Assembly (NCBI GenBank): GCA_964234715.1
Contig: OZ174275.1
Direction: 5' to 3' (one strand)
Length of the DNA: 64,000 nt
Source of the DNA: Podarcis melisellensis
Lineage: Eukaryota
How positions within the stretch are numbered: position 1 is the first letter of the stretch; every line of letters begins with the position of its first letter. The notes under the pieces were generated by a model. That model was not told the origin of the DNA. It did not search any database and saw only the letters and a list, made by a program, of their open reading frames with translations. The position numbers and the translations under genes are program-made. Shown piece by piece: positions 21,601 to 33,546 of the stretch.

Positions 21601-24600
21601 ATTTCACAACTGTGGATTTTGGTATTTTTTCTTATGGCAAAATTTTTTCCTCATAGTTATATACATGGCTATATTTGCTTTTTCTGTGCCTTGAATAATG
21701 ACAATATAGCTTTTGGGTCAAGATGACAAGATACAGCAAGATCTTGAGCTTCATACAATATTTTGCAATCTTCTGAATCTAAGGCAATTTTCCACACTGT
21801 AGTTTATTCAGTACAAGAGGAGTTAAGATCTTTCTTAAGAGAAAGATGAAAAGATCAAGTACCATAGATGAGATGAGAATCAAGCTCCCTAGTCAGAATC
21901 TTTAACATGCTGAAGGACACAAATGTCTGTTGTGCAGGCAAATTCAATCAGTACCTGCAGAAGCCTTCCCCTTTTGCATTTACTTGTTTTCTATCCATTT
22001 CAGAACAGCAGCAGAAACAGATGGAAAACCAAGGATTGGCTTCAAATGAGTGTACAGAAAGTCTATTTTTGTGAGACACACATTCAGTACAATGACAGCA
22101 TGTTAGGCAGGAGTAGCCAACCTTTATGGCCTGTAGGTATGTGCCTTATTAGCTTGTAAGCATCATATGACTTAGCTGGGTGATTATGGCAGCCACACCC
22201 TTAGAATTGAGAATGCTATTTTGCTACTACGAAGTTTTGTACAATGCTGGTGTTGTTCCAGTCAGCAGATGCTGCTGGTAGAGCAGTCCCAACTACAAGC
22301 TGGATTAGAGCATGTCCTGGATCAGATCATGACACTTGTATGGCAGTGTTGTTATATTCTGTTCCTTCAACAGCCGCTATATTAGACAGCATCCTAAACC
22401 CCTGATTACTGCTGTAGAGGATCGCATTAACTAGGCTATTAGCTTTCCTGCTTGATAGTTTTGATACTATTAATTTACTTCCTACGCAGGAACATTCTTT
22501 CATTTATGCTCCTTTTTTATACCACGAAGGTCCTTTGAAAATATCTGCTGCATGAGATTCAGTGATTAGAGGGTTAAAAAAAACAGTAGGAAACTTATTT
22601 ATTAGTGTTTCCAAAAACTGTTTAACATTTGGGGCAGGAAACCTGAAACATATCATTTTGCCCAGTGTTAACAGCAGGAAGAAATATGCATAAAACAAAT
22701 ATTAAAGGATTAACTGCAAGCATACATTCAAGTAAGCCTCATCATTTCCAAAAAGCATCATCCAGCTATTAGGTAAAATTTATCAAGCCCAATGGATTCA
22801 ATTCTCTCCCACCCCCACTTTCTATTACAGCAACAAAAATACTCTTCAGCATGAGTTTTACTTTGTTTTATAATTTCCACTCACTCTACATACTGTTATC
22901 AGAATAAAAAATGTAAAGGCTAAACTTGTAAGTGCCTTCCAAGTGGGAGTGGGGGAGGGAGAGAAAGGAAAGGGGTGGGAATCCACCAAAATCCAAACTT
23001 CAGCATTTAAATTTAAACTTTGCATTAAGAGATACTTGCCAGTTTTATTGGCAAATCCTCAGGCGGATTTACTGAGACTTAACTGACAACATCCAAGACA
23101 AAGAACAAGGAGATGATATTACAAACATTGGTATGGAAGATTAGCAAGTTACAACTACATCAGAAAATCCTGTTAACAAGGCAAATCCGCCACAAAATAT
23201 TAAACAATGACTTAGAGAGCCTGCTTCAGTTTCCACAGGCTTGTTATATTTGGTATAATCAAGCCACTTCAAGATATGAACAGTGAATGAAAATTCAAAG
23301 TGTTTGGGAGGTTGCAGTACAGAAATTCATAAATGTCCTAGGGTGCAAATTGTGCAGTTTTAAGCAGATATTCAGAGCATAAACATAAATGGCATAATCT
23401 TCTTCTACTATTCTAATGTTTCCCGGCAAACAGCATAAGCCTAAAATTATTCCTTTTCCAATCCCTCCCTCCAAGTTTTATTAATGTTTATAAACCGCTT
23501 TACATAAAAGATACACAGAAAAAGCAAAGTAATCCTCTCTGATCCTTAGTTTTCATTTTATAACTCTGTCAGTGTTTGTTTTTAAGAAATGCAGAATGTT
23601 CGTTCTTATTTTAACAGCAGTAAATTGTGTAACTGTTTAAAAACTGACGAAGGGATAGAACTTACTTGGTACAGACAACCTACTTAATAATTTGGCATAT
23701 ATTCACAGAAGAATCCAAGCCTAGAAGCTGCACTCTCTGGGGCAAGTGCTTCTGAGATCAGGTGACTACTCTGGAAGCTGAAATTTTGGAGGAGTATAGT
23801 AATGAACTATTCCATTAAACAAAGACAACAGGCCAGGTTTCTATAGCTGGTCAATCATATCCCTCTACCGCTGCAGATGTTCATGTAAAAATATATAGGC
23901 TAAGCAATTGCAGCAAGATTTACTCTTGAGCAATTGCCAGTAGGCAATTCTGTGTATTTTTGATACACAGAAAGCACTTGAAACTGATGCATCGAGCAGC
24001 TGATTCAATGCACTGAACCATTCATGTGCTTTTTGCAAACAAACAAAATAACCTCACACCCACAAATGGGGTTTTGGACATTTTTACCCAGCCTAAATAA
24101 AACTGTCTAATTTATGTTGTGTGCAAACAGCTCACTGCGTAGAGAAAACTGTCACACAGCACTTAAAGTACTCTTACTATCTGTGAAGTGCTCTGACTCT
24201 ACACATCCTTTGCAGAAGATATACCGTACTCAGCGTGCTGTTCACCAATGCAGGGCCAGGATTGGGAAGCAATTCTGCTTCTCATACATATCTTTATCCA
24301 CCCTATGCGTAGGCAGCAATGTCAGAATATGACACAAGATTTTAGGATATTTGGAATTTCCATTTATCCTTGTTTTTGGAAATGTCCTCCTAAAATGCCC
24401 CTTAGCAGATGGAACACTGCATAGCAGGTCCTTCTCCGAGCAGATGCCTATCTAACCTGGAAGAAAGACAAAGAAAAATGTTCTGTCTTTCTCTGCTTCC
24501 TTTACTGGCTCACTGCATCTTTTTATATCAACAGCATCTTTATTCAAATCAAAAGTACTTTTGAAATATAAATATTGAATTTGTTCAGTCATTTTATTAT

Positions 24601-26125
24601 GTATGAAGATGAGACCTTCTCCCTAGAAATTGCTTCTCTACTGATCAAATGATGGCCAAAATAAGATAAAATGTCCCTCATACCAGCACAACCTAAGAGA
24701 AATTAGCATCAGGAAGTCAGGCAGTGCAACAACACAGGATTCTACACATTATGGCACCTTATCTTTTTGCATTACTCACACGGTTTCACAGCCCTCACCT
24801 TTAGATTTCAGGGCGGTTAGAATCATTTCCAAATTCCATTTTATATTTCAAACTTTTGTGACAAGGGAGAATGCCATCATTAATCTTTTATGACCTATCT
24901 CACACAAAATATTTGCACTTTAACACTGTAAGGCATGGCTATCTTTTCTAACCCTGACGTGCCAAGAGACATAACCCAAAGGCTTCTAAAGGAATGCCAC
25001 ACTAATGTTTTCAAGTGCCACCAGCAAAATCCATTCCTTGTCATTTTCTTTTGATTACACACAATTCATTGTGCCGATATAGATGTATACCTAGTGTCCA
25101 GAAATATATCACTCAGACCACAATATATCTTTGGCCCTCATGGCTTTGAGTGCCTTATAGTTCCAAACTTTTCACATCTGCTTCTTGAGTCTGTCACTAG
25201 AACCAAAAAAATCATCTAAAGGAATTAGGCAGACCTCAATACGATCCTGTTATTGACATTTATGTTGATCGATGTTGGCTCTTACAGAATTGGAATCTGC
25301 AGATCAATTCCCTTATTAGATTCTTTCTCACTGCTGCCATGATCATTTTATCACACAAGCTGTTGCTATCAAATGCTGCTTTATCACTTTATAATGGGAG
25401 AAGCGAAAGGTTTCCTCCAGCACTGAGACAGAAATAAAAATGGTCACAGATCTAAACAGAATTTCTTCAAGCCGTGAAAAGTAAACTAGTAATTACACAT
25501 AATATGTATTTTATACATCTTCACAAGTATGTGAAATATTTAGATGACATCACTTAAATAACATTTCAAACTCTTTCAATAAAATTATAGCCAGTCCTAA
25601 GATGAGGTTAAAAAAATTAGATTGCGATAAGATCATCGACTAGTGAGGTCAACTGCACATGACCTTTAACATGTCAAGAAGAATTTGAAAATGTTTTTCA
25701 AAAAGATAAATAGGTGTGGGGACTCCAATCAGAATCATAGTGTACTAGGAAGGCAGTTTAATCTTTTACTTCCCTACAATCATCTTGATGAAAATTGTTG
25801 CTTTTGGAGCTGCTATTAGACCAGGGATGACCGTTCCTGTAGGCATCAGCAGCTGGAGTTAACAGTAGTGGGCTGGGGGCATTTCACTTGGCCTTGCAGT
25901 GAGAAAGGAAGGGTTAACCTTCCATCACAGCACACCATAGTCCTGGTTGAGCCCCCTGCACTTGCTATTTACAGTTCGAGAAACAACCATATGACACTTC
26001 TAACATCACTACAGTTTGGCCCTCCAGCTGAAGACAATAAGGAATAGCACTGAGATAACATAAATATACTCACAAGAATGCCTTGTACCTACATCATCTG
26101 AATGGCAGATTTTTTATTTTATTAA

Positions 26126-26177
<52 letters not shown>
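26126..26177. repeat. (TTA)n microsatellite
   Basis: Read directly. Confidence 0.97.
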
Positions 26178-29100
26178 TCCTACATTTTCCCCTGACAAGA
26201 ATCAAGGTAGCTTACAGCTAAAACAGAAACAGATAAAAACATGTAAAAAAGCAACCATCACAAAAATTAACAATAATAGAATACACACACACACACACAC
26301 ACACAGTTCATAACAATAAAAACAGCACAGCACAGAACAGTCAGTTCCCAAAAGCCTAGTGGAATACGAAATTCTTCACCTACCAGCAAAGGACAACAAA
26401 GAAGAACCCATTTAATTTCTCTAGGAACACTACTGTAACATGAAGACCAGCATGTTTTATTTTGATGAGAGAAGGTCCTAAAAGAAGGTGTTCTAACACA
26501 GTATTCCTGATGTTCTCTTGATGAATCCCATCCTACCTACAAGCCTCCAAAGTCTGAGCCAGTTCCTAACTAGATCTTTTCATCCACCTACTGTCATTCC
26601 TAACGAACCCAAGACCTACTCATCACTTCTTTCCCCCTTACATTACTGGGGCAGGGGGTTGATTTCAGTTCAAGGACTCTAAACATTAGGTGTTGCAGAA
26701 CTTACAATGTTGCAGTGAGCAAGCACAGCCATTTCCATACAATCTGGCAATAAGAAGAAACGCGTTTCCATGGTTCCTACTGTCTGTGGACACTTGTGTT
26801 GAAGTTTGCAGCAGAACAACTCAAGCCTAACATGAGTTGTCCCTGCCTCCCTGGTAAGTTAGGGATTTGGCAGGGAGGGGCTCACATACAAAGCTGTCTC
26901 CTACTTTACAGAGGAGAGTCCTCTGTTTGAAGGTGTCCACTATGTGTCTGGTTCAAGTGAAAGACCCCTAAGGAAGTACAGGGGCTTAGAAGTTGCCCGC
27001 CAGCTGTTAGTACCTGGACTGCAGACTGAGAAGAGACATGTCACCTGATCACAGTCTTCTCCACTATGGTGAGATATATTCTAACTCTATTTGAATTGTA
27101 GTTATTTTTTATGGATTGCTGCAATTGTGCTTCCACAACATACTTCCTCCTTCAATCCTCTACCCTGCAGCCCCCAACACACCCTCAAAATTTGCTCCAG
27201 ATGGTTGCAGGGCCCTTTGGACCAGATTTTTTTGGGGGAGGTGTGGGCATACAGGAGAAGAAGGGGAAAGGGGAAGTCCTGTTGTGTTAGCTGAATGCTG
27301 CTTGTACAGCACCGGATACAACCCCTCTATGTTTGGGGAAGTGTGAGATCGTCCACTTGTGATAAAATCTTAGTAAAAGCCCACAACTGTAAACCTCTGT
27401 TTCTCCAGAGATTCACCAAAGTCTGAGCCTGAACATGATTTTAAAGTACTATGACATATTTTTATTTGGCCTGCCTGTTAATGACTGTGTTTAATTAGTC
27501 ATTAGTAAAATCTGCCTCTGGTATTGTACTTCAGTGTTTACTTATTCCTGATTTTGATATTGTTTTCTCATCATGGGAAGGTGCTGGGCCTTTGGAGCCT
27601 AGACATTCAAATAAATATGAATGCACTTCTATATGAACGTGGATAAATACGTCCACGGTGTGAGTTCTGTTGCAGTTATTATGCCTTATATAAAGAAGAT
27701 ATTGCACATGCAGGAGATTTACTTTTGCAAGGATGGCATGCGGGTTCCTGCTGAGAGAGAAGTTCATCACATTAATTTAAACTTCCAATAAAATAAATTA
27801 GTTTTTCATTGCCAGGTTGAACTATGTGGCTGTGATTGTAATGTATTGCTACAATCCAGGCCTTAACGGCATTTTAGCCCTGTGGTGGTCAAACAGAAAC
27901 CATTTGAAGCCTTCTAAAGGCTATTAAAACATGTGCAGATGTCTGGAAAATTAATACTATTATCTGACTTTAACCTCTTGCCTGTAGGAGAGTCAAGGCT
28001 AGAAGAAGATAGATCAATATGTTACAATGGAAGAAAGTAACAAAGCTCTCTCCTGGCAAGTTCAGTAGCGATAAAACAGTGTCCCAAGAACATGCTATAT
28101 TCGCTCTTCTAAAAGAGAATCCTTCTTGCTTGTTTTTTTTTACCTGAAATCAGTCATTTACCTCTATTAAAAATCAAGGGAGATAAGCTCCATTTTCTAC
28201 AATCTTTGCTTATTGCTGTTTCTCAAGGTTCAAAATGCCAGACACTAGAAAGGTTCATTCATTTACATGACAAGAACATGAATTTGCCAAGGTTAATGTT
28301 GAACAAGCCATATTTCGTTTTTCCCTTCTGATCTTTTGCATTTTGAAAGGCTCTTTTTGTATATCACTAAAATATCAGGTATGGAAGTAGAGGCGCAATA
28401 AGATCAAGATTACGGCAAAATGCCTTCATTACTACTTTCAAAGCCAGCATAACTTTCCAATATATAAAGAAATGTGCTTTCTCTGGGACTGCACAGATGT
28501 AATGAGTCTTGGACTAGTAAAATAGTTTTTACACTATTCAATTTTTGTAAAGGTTCCAGTGAAAAATCTGAAAAGGAAAAGTGCAATAATGAAAACGTGT
28601 TCAAAAATAATTTATTTTTGAGAGACTAGAATCCTCCTTCTCTCTAAAAATTCCAATATACGAGGGTGGGAGCAATTTATGGCAATGAATGGGTATCTTT
28701 CAGATTTGCAGGAATATGGAATAAATGTTTTAATAAATAATCAGGATGAAAAGTAAGCTGCATTTTGAGTTCAGTTATGCAAAGGTTTTGCATTTAGAGT
28801 TGGAAGAGAGAGAATAGCAATCAGCAATGAATGATCAAGCTACAGATTTATTAGCAGGTGTTTCAAATATGCAGTGGTTATGAGTGGTATTACTAACCTG
28901 GAAAACAATAGCCCCTTTCATATATTACTGGAACTGTGTGGTGTTTCCATTTTATAAAGCAGTAGCCCTCCCGATGTTTTTGGACTACAACTCTCGAGAC
29001 TGCTGGCCATGCTGATATAATTTATGAATCACAAATCGTGCATGGCATCATTCTGGCTAACCCCCCCCCCCCCCGAAGGAGCTCAGAACCCTGGTTAAAA

Positions 29101-29935
29101 CAAACTATGGTCCTAATGTGAGACAGCTCTCTATCACCTGGTGGCCACACTGCTTTGAACACCAACCCCCCTTGGATTATTAACATTTCTGTCCACCAGT
29201 TGGCCACATCACCCAAATGTGGGTTCACTACACCATTTATTTAGGAACCAAACAAAAACATTCCTCTTCTCCAAGGCCCTTGGTTAGTTAAACAATCTAT
29301 TGCATTCTAAACTGTATTATTTTTGCTTGTTAGTATGTTATGTATTCTTGTGTTTTTATACTGTAAACCACCCTGTGATCCTTGGATGAAAGGCAGTTTA
29401 GAAATTTAATATGTGTTTATGTCTGGTTTAGAGAAGTGTATTTTGTTTAACTCTCTATGTTAGATTTATTATATTTGGACTTACATTTTAAGGAACCTAT
29501 ATTTTGTGGTGTGTTACATTAGAAATCTGTATCAAACTCTTGAAAATCTATTTTGTGATTATGTTTCTTGGGTCAACTAAGAAATGTCCATTGTTTCTTG
29601 GGCTATTTAAAAGAGCTCTATATAGAGCAAAACCTGTCTGGCCAACACTGTTATCTAAAATTTACCAGACATTTCACCATAGAGAGGAGAATATTTACCA
29701 TTTGTCCCTCAAGACATCCAGATTCTATGTAGCTGCAGTAAAAACAAAATACTCTTCAATAACAAGGCTCACACATTTTGCTGTGGTAATATGAGCTCTC
29801 ATTGGAAAGATGGAAAATGCTGGCTAATAGTCGTGAGGCTGTTGTCAACAATGCCAACATTATCTGGCTAATATTGGGGTAAAACCTCCACAAACAGGAA
29901 GTAAGGGAGAAATTTAAACTGGAATAAAAAATTTA

Positions 29936-30307
29936 CCGTAGAGTCCGGCGTATTAGGCGGCTGGGGGTATAAGACGACCCCCAACTTTTGCTGTTCAATT
30001 TTAGAGTTTTAGAGTTATAGAATTTGAGCGCTGCCAGGGGCAGAGCGCGCACTCCTCTGCTGCCTCTGCCGTTGCAGCAGCAGCAGCCCGAGGTGAGGCG
30101 TTTGGCGGGCGGGGTGGTGAGCGCTGCTCTCAGAAGGACTTTCCTCATCCCTTTCTGTGGGGAAGGAGGAGGCGCGACGGCAGACACCTCTGCTCACTGG
30201 CTCCCTCTCCTCCTTCCCAACGCGTATACCAGGCGTATAAGACGACCCCCGACTTTTGAGGTGATTTTCGAGGGATAAAAAGTTGTCTTGTACACTGGAA
30301 CATACGG
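29936..30307. mobile_element. Tc1/mariner (pogo/Tc2-like) non-autonomous element with GC-rich interior
   Basis: TA|CCGTA...TACGG|TA ends; internal direct repeat gtataagacgacccc. Confidence 0.8.
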
Positions 30308-30451
30308 TATGTAAAACTATATGCAAGCTTTCCAGTCACAGATAACTTTATCAGAATTAAGAAAGGGTGGCTATACACAGTGTAAGATGTCCAAAAAGTT
30401 GTGGAACAATATTTGCTTGGGTGATTTGAGTGGATTCTAGCTGCCAAGTGT

Positions 30452-30593
30452 TCATAGAATCATAGATTGCAGAGTTGGAAGGGACCATCTAGTCCAATCC
30501 ACTGCAATGGAGGAATATGCAGCTGTCCCATACAGGGATCAAAGCTGCAACCTCAATGTTATCAGCACCAAACTCTAACCAACTGAGCTATCC
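30452..30593 (-). mobile_element. SINE with tRNA-Ile-derived head and the same CR1-like tail
   Basis: Minus strand GGATAGCTCAGTTGGTTAGAGTTTGGTGCTGATAAC...TTCCAACTCTGCAATCTATGATTCTATG. Confidence 0.8.
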
Positions 30594-31026
30594 ACTTGGG
30601 TCTACCTTTAGTGCTCTGTTTACACAATTTGATATTTCTTTCCCCTAGCAACTATCTCTCTACTTGAATGACTGCAACTGAGAAAGAGCACATTAAGAAA
30701 AAAAGGGGGGAGCAGCAAGAGGAGTGAGCATGTGGGAAGGCTATCAGGGAGTAGGGGGAATTTGGAACAAAAGAAATGGTGGTGGGGGGAGTTAAGTGAT
30801 CCCTTTACTCTCTGCCACTTCTTCACTGTAAATGCTTGCTTTGGAGGGTATTTCCATTAACACGCCCCCCCCCCCATTTTAGGTCCTAAATTATATTACA
30901 TTGCATAGAATGTGTACCTAGTTTGTCCATAACCTTACCTGTTGCCTAATCCCAACCTCTTGTCACCTCAATCATTTTTATCTCCCTACCCCCTTCCTAA
31001 ACTCCTTCCTTCCTTCCTTCTCTCTC

Positions 31027-31029
<3 letters not shown>

Positions 31030-31063
<34 letters not shown>
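31030..31063. repeat. (GT)n microsatellite
   Basis: Read directly. Confidence 0.97.
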
Positions 31064-31065
<2 letters not shown>

Positions 31066-32249
31066 GGAGAAAATAATCAAATTATTTAGATGCTAAACTC
31101 TGAATCTGAAAGTAAAGCAAGTTCACACATACCAACTGCTGCTGAGGCTATATATAAACCAAATCAAATATAATCTAATTCCAAACAACTTTAAAAGTTC
31201 AGAACAGATGTAACCTCTTGGCAAAGAAAACACAAATGAGAGTAGAAATGTGTTTGTGACTCATTAAGTACTGTTGTTATTAATGCGAGACATTATTGCC
31301 CTGGCCCTCAGGATTCCATACTTCAAGATCCAGGGAGCTTAATTCATAATGTTCATCATGCCCTTGTACTCCCATGCAAGACACAGACAAATCACCACTT
31401 CTCCTTGTGTCCTGACATAGGTGAGTGACTAATGAAACATGGCTTGCTCAAGTTCAGAGACAGAAAATGAATATGAATGCCCAAACACTGTCCTGCTAAA
31501 AATATTCTCAGTTAAGTCTGTCAATATCATGTTGCCAAGGTTTAACAATGAAGGTTAATGCTGTCCTCCTGCTCAGGCTCATCAAGTATGAAGGCCCAGT
31601 AGAAATGTACGAGTTAAAGCACTGATGGCCTATTTGGTTACACAGAGCATTTGTGTGTTGATTTTATCTTGCCGTACAGCATTTCACATCCTCAGCAAAG
31701 TCAGCAGAGATTTCAGTCAATAGTATCAGAGCTTTTAGCACTGGACCCAAATTCTACCAAACAACAAAAGAGGTAAGCTCACATGAAGGGAGTGAGGAAA
31801 CCCATGGGTAGAATTCAATGCAAAAAAAGAAGTGATGCAGAAATTATCCAACAGCTCCCACCCTGCCTGTTGGGACACTTAATGCAATTTGTCTGCCAAG
31901 GCATATTATAATTTGTAACCTCTAGCAAATTACAGAGTTGATAAAAATCTAAATGCCTCAGAATGCAATGTGTTGTGGTATATATTGGACATTTCAGATA
32001 GTATAGGAATAGTTTAATGCTGCTTTATGTCCCAAATTCTGCCACTTCATGATGTAAAAATGGCTCCAGAACAGCGAAACACGCATAGCTGTACAGTAAG
32101 CAAACGTATTAGCGATTAACTTTGTATCATTCTCTGTAATGATGCTACAAGCAATTAAAGCAATTAGCACTAAACCTATATATCACGTGTGTGTGACAGT
32201 GATACAAGATGGTTCCAATAGATGGGCCAACATCTGGTTACAGATGTGA

Positions 32250-32340
32250 TAAGACTGAAGAGCTTGAAAGCTTGTTTCAGCTACCAACAGATGTTGGGTC
32301 CATAAAATATATTAACTGACCCACACCGTAGCTCTCATCT
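32250..32340 (+). mobile_element. Penelope-like pseudo-LTR fragment
   Basis: ctgaaga...gaaagcttgt...accaacagatgttgggtccataaaatatatta resembles reptile Penelope termini (recall). Confidence 0.6.
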
Positions 32341-33496
32341 CTTGGAACAAAGACAGCTGCAACTACTGCAGCCTCATACAAACTCAGCTGCCTATAATCA
32401 TAGAGCTGTCATCCTACATTTAAATGTTAGGCTAAACATTAGCCTAAATGTTAATAGAAATGGCTGAAGTTCTAGCCTTCCTCAAATTTCAGCTTTATCA
32501 CAAAGAGCAGAAAACCTCTAAATCTTTGAATCATTTAATTTTATGCATTCTTTTTGGTATTTCATTTGGGAGTTATGGAGTGTGTAATATGCACCATGAT
32601 GAGAAAACAATTATCTCACACACCTGCTGTTTATGCATATTATATTTAAGAAGAGTCCTGCAGTGGCTATTACTTTACCTACTGCAAAATTTCAACCAAG
32701 GGAATGAAACTGATCCAAAGAGATAGAATCACACTTTTACATGTTATCCGCAGTCAGTATTTTACCTGCCATGATTATGGTGAAATGATTTCTGTTTTCA
32801 AACCAAACTCATTTTTACAACCCTGAACCTGAACAACAACAACAACAGCAACAACATACTAATAATAACAATAATGAAAAAGGTCTGGGACTAAATATAG
32901 ACTACAGATGTTGTATAATGAAAAAGAGGGATAACTGCACATAGACCATGGGAGCAGAGGGAAGGCATCAACTGTGATATATTTACTACCTCTATTAAAT
33001 CTTTGGTTCTGTCCTTACCATAAAACCAATGATGATAAATCATTTCACTTTCTAGGTTACATTTATTATATAAAAAAAGGTTTCAATGCAACTGTTTCTG
33101 TGAACCTTCTGTGAACCTGAACAAAGCAAAAGCAAAAGAGAACGAAAGGTAAATACTCTGCTTTTCATTTCATTAAAATATTTCACTCTAGCTATAAAGA
33201 GCTAAGTCAGCAGCATCCTCTCAAGGGATGAGGAAAGGGTTTGGAGCTGGCTATGAAAACAACAGAAAAACAAACAGAGCTCAAATACTTTTTATGAAAT
33301 TTAGAGCCGAAAATACAGACTCCCTTTAGACAACTTCAGCTTACTTCTTGACCATTTGCACAGGGATTTAGATGAGAAGGTGACATCTTACTCCTGTGTT
33401 CTGTAAACATAGCAGGTTGAAATACCAAACAGCCCTCTTGTCAAAAAGACAATTCTCTTTCAGTACAACATACTTTTTAAACTTTTGTATATTGCA

Positions 33497-33511
33497 TATT
33501 ATTATTATTAT

Positions 33512-33546
<35 letters not shown>
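33497..33546. repeat. (ATT)n(AGT)n microsatellite
   Basis: Read directly. Confidence 0.95.

Noticed and set aside
26083-26313. Low-complexity ORFs (poly-L; also poly-N at 7162, poly-S at 33396 and LS repeats at 38340)
   Set aside because: Translations of microsatellites.
32184-32189. CACGTG E-boxes (also 38797 and 42160) as circadian elements
   Set aside because: A few isolated hexamers in 64 kb, one inside a transposon; consistent with chance.
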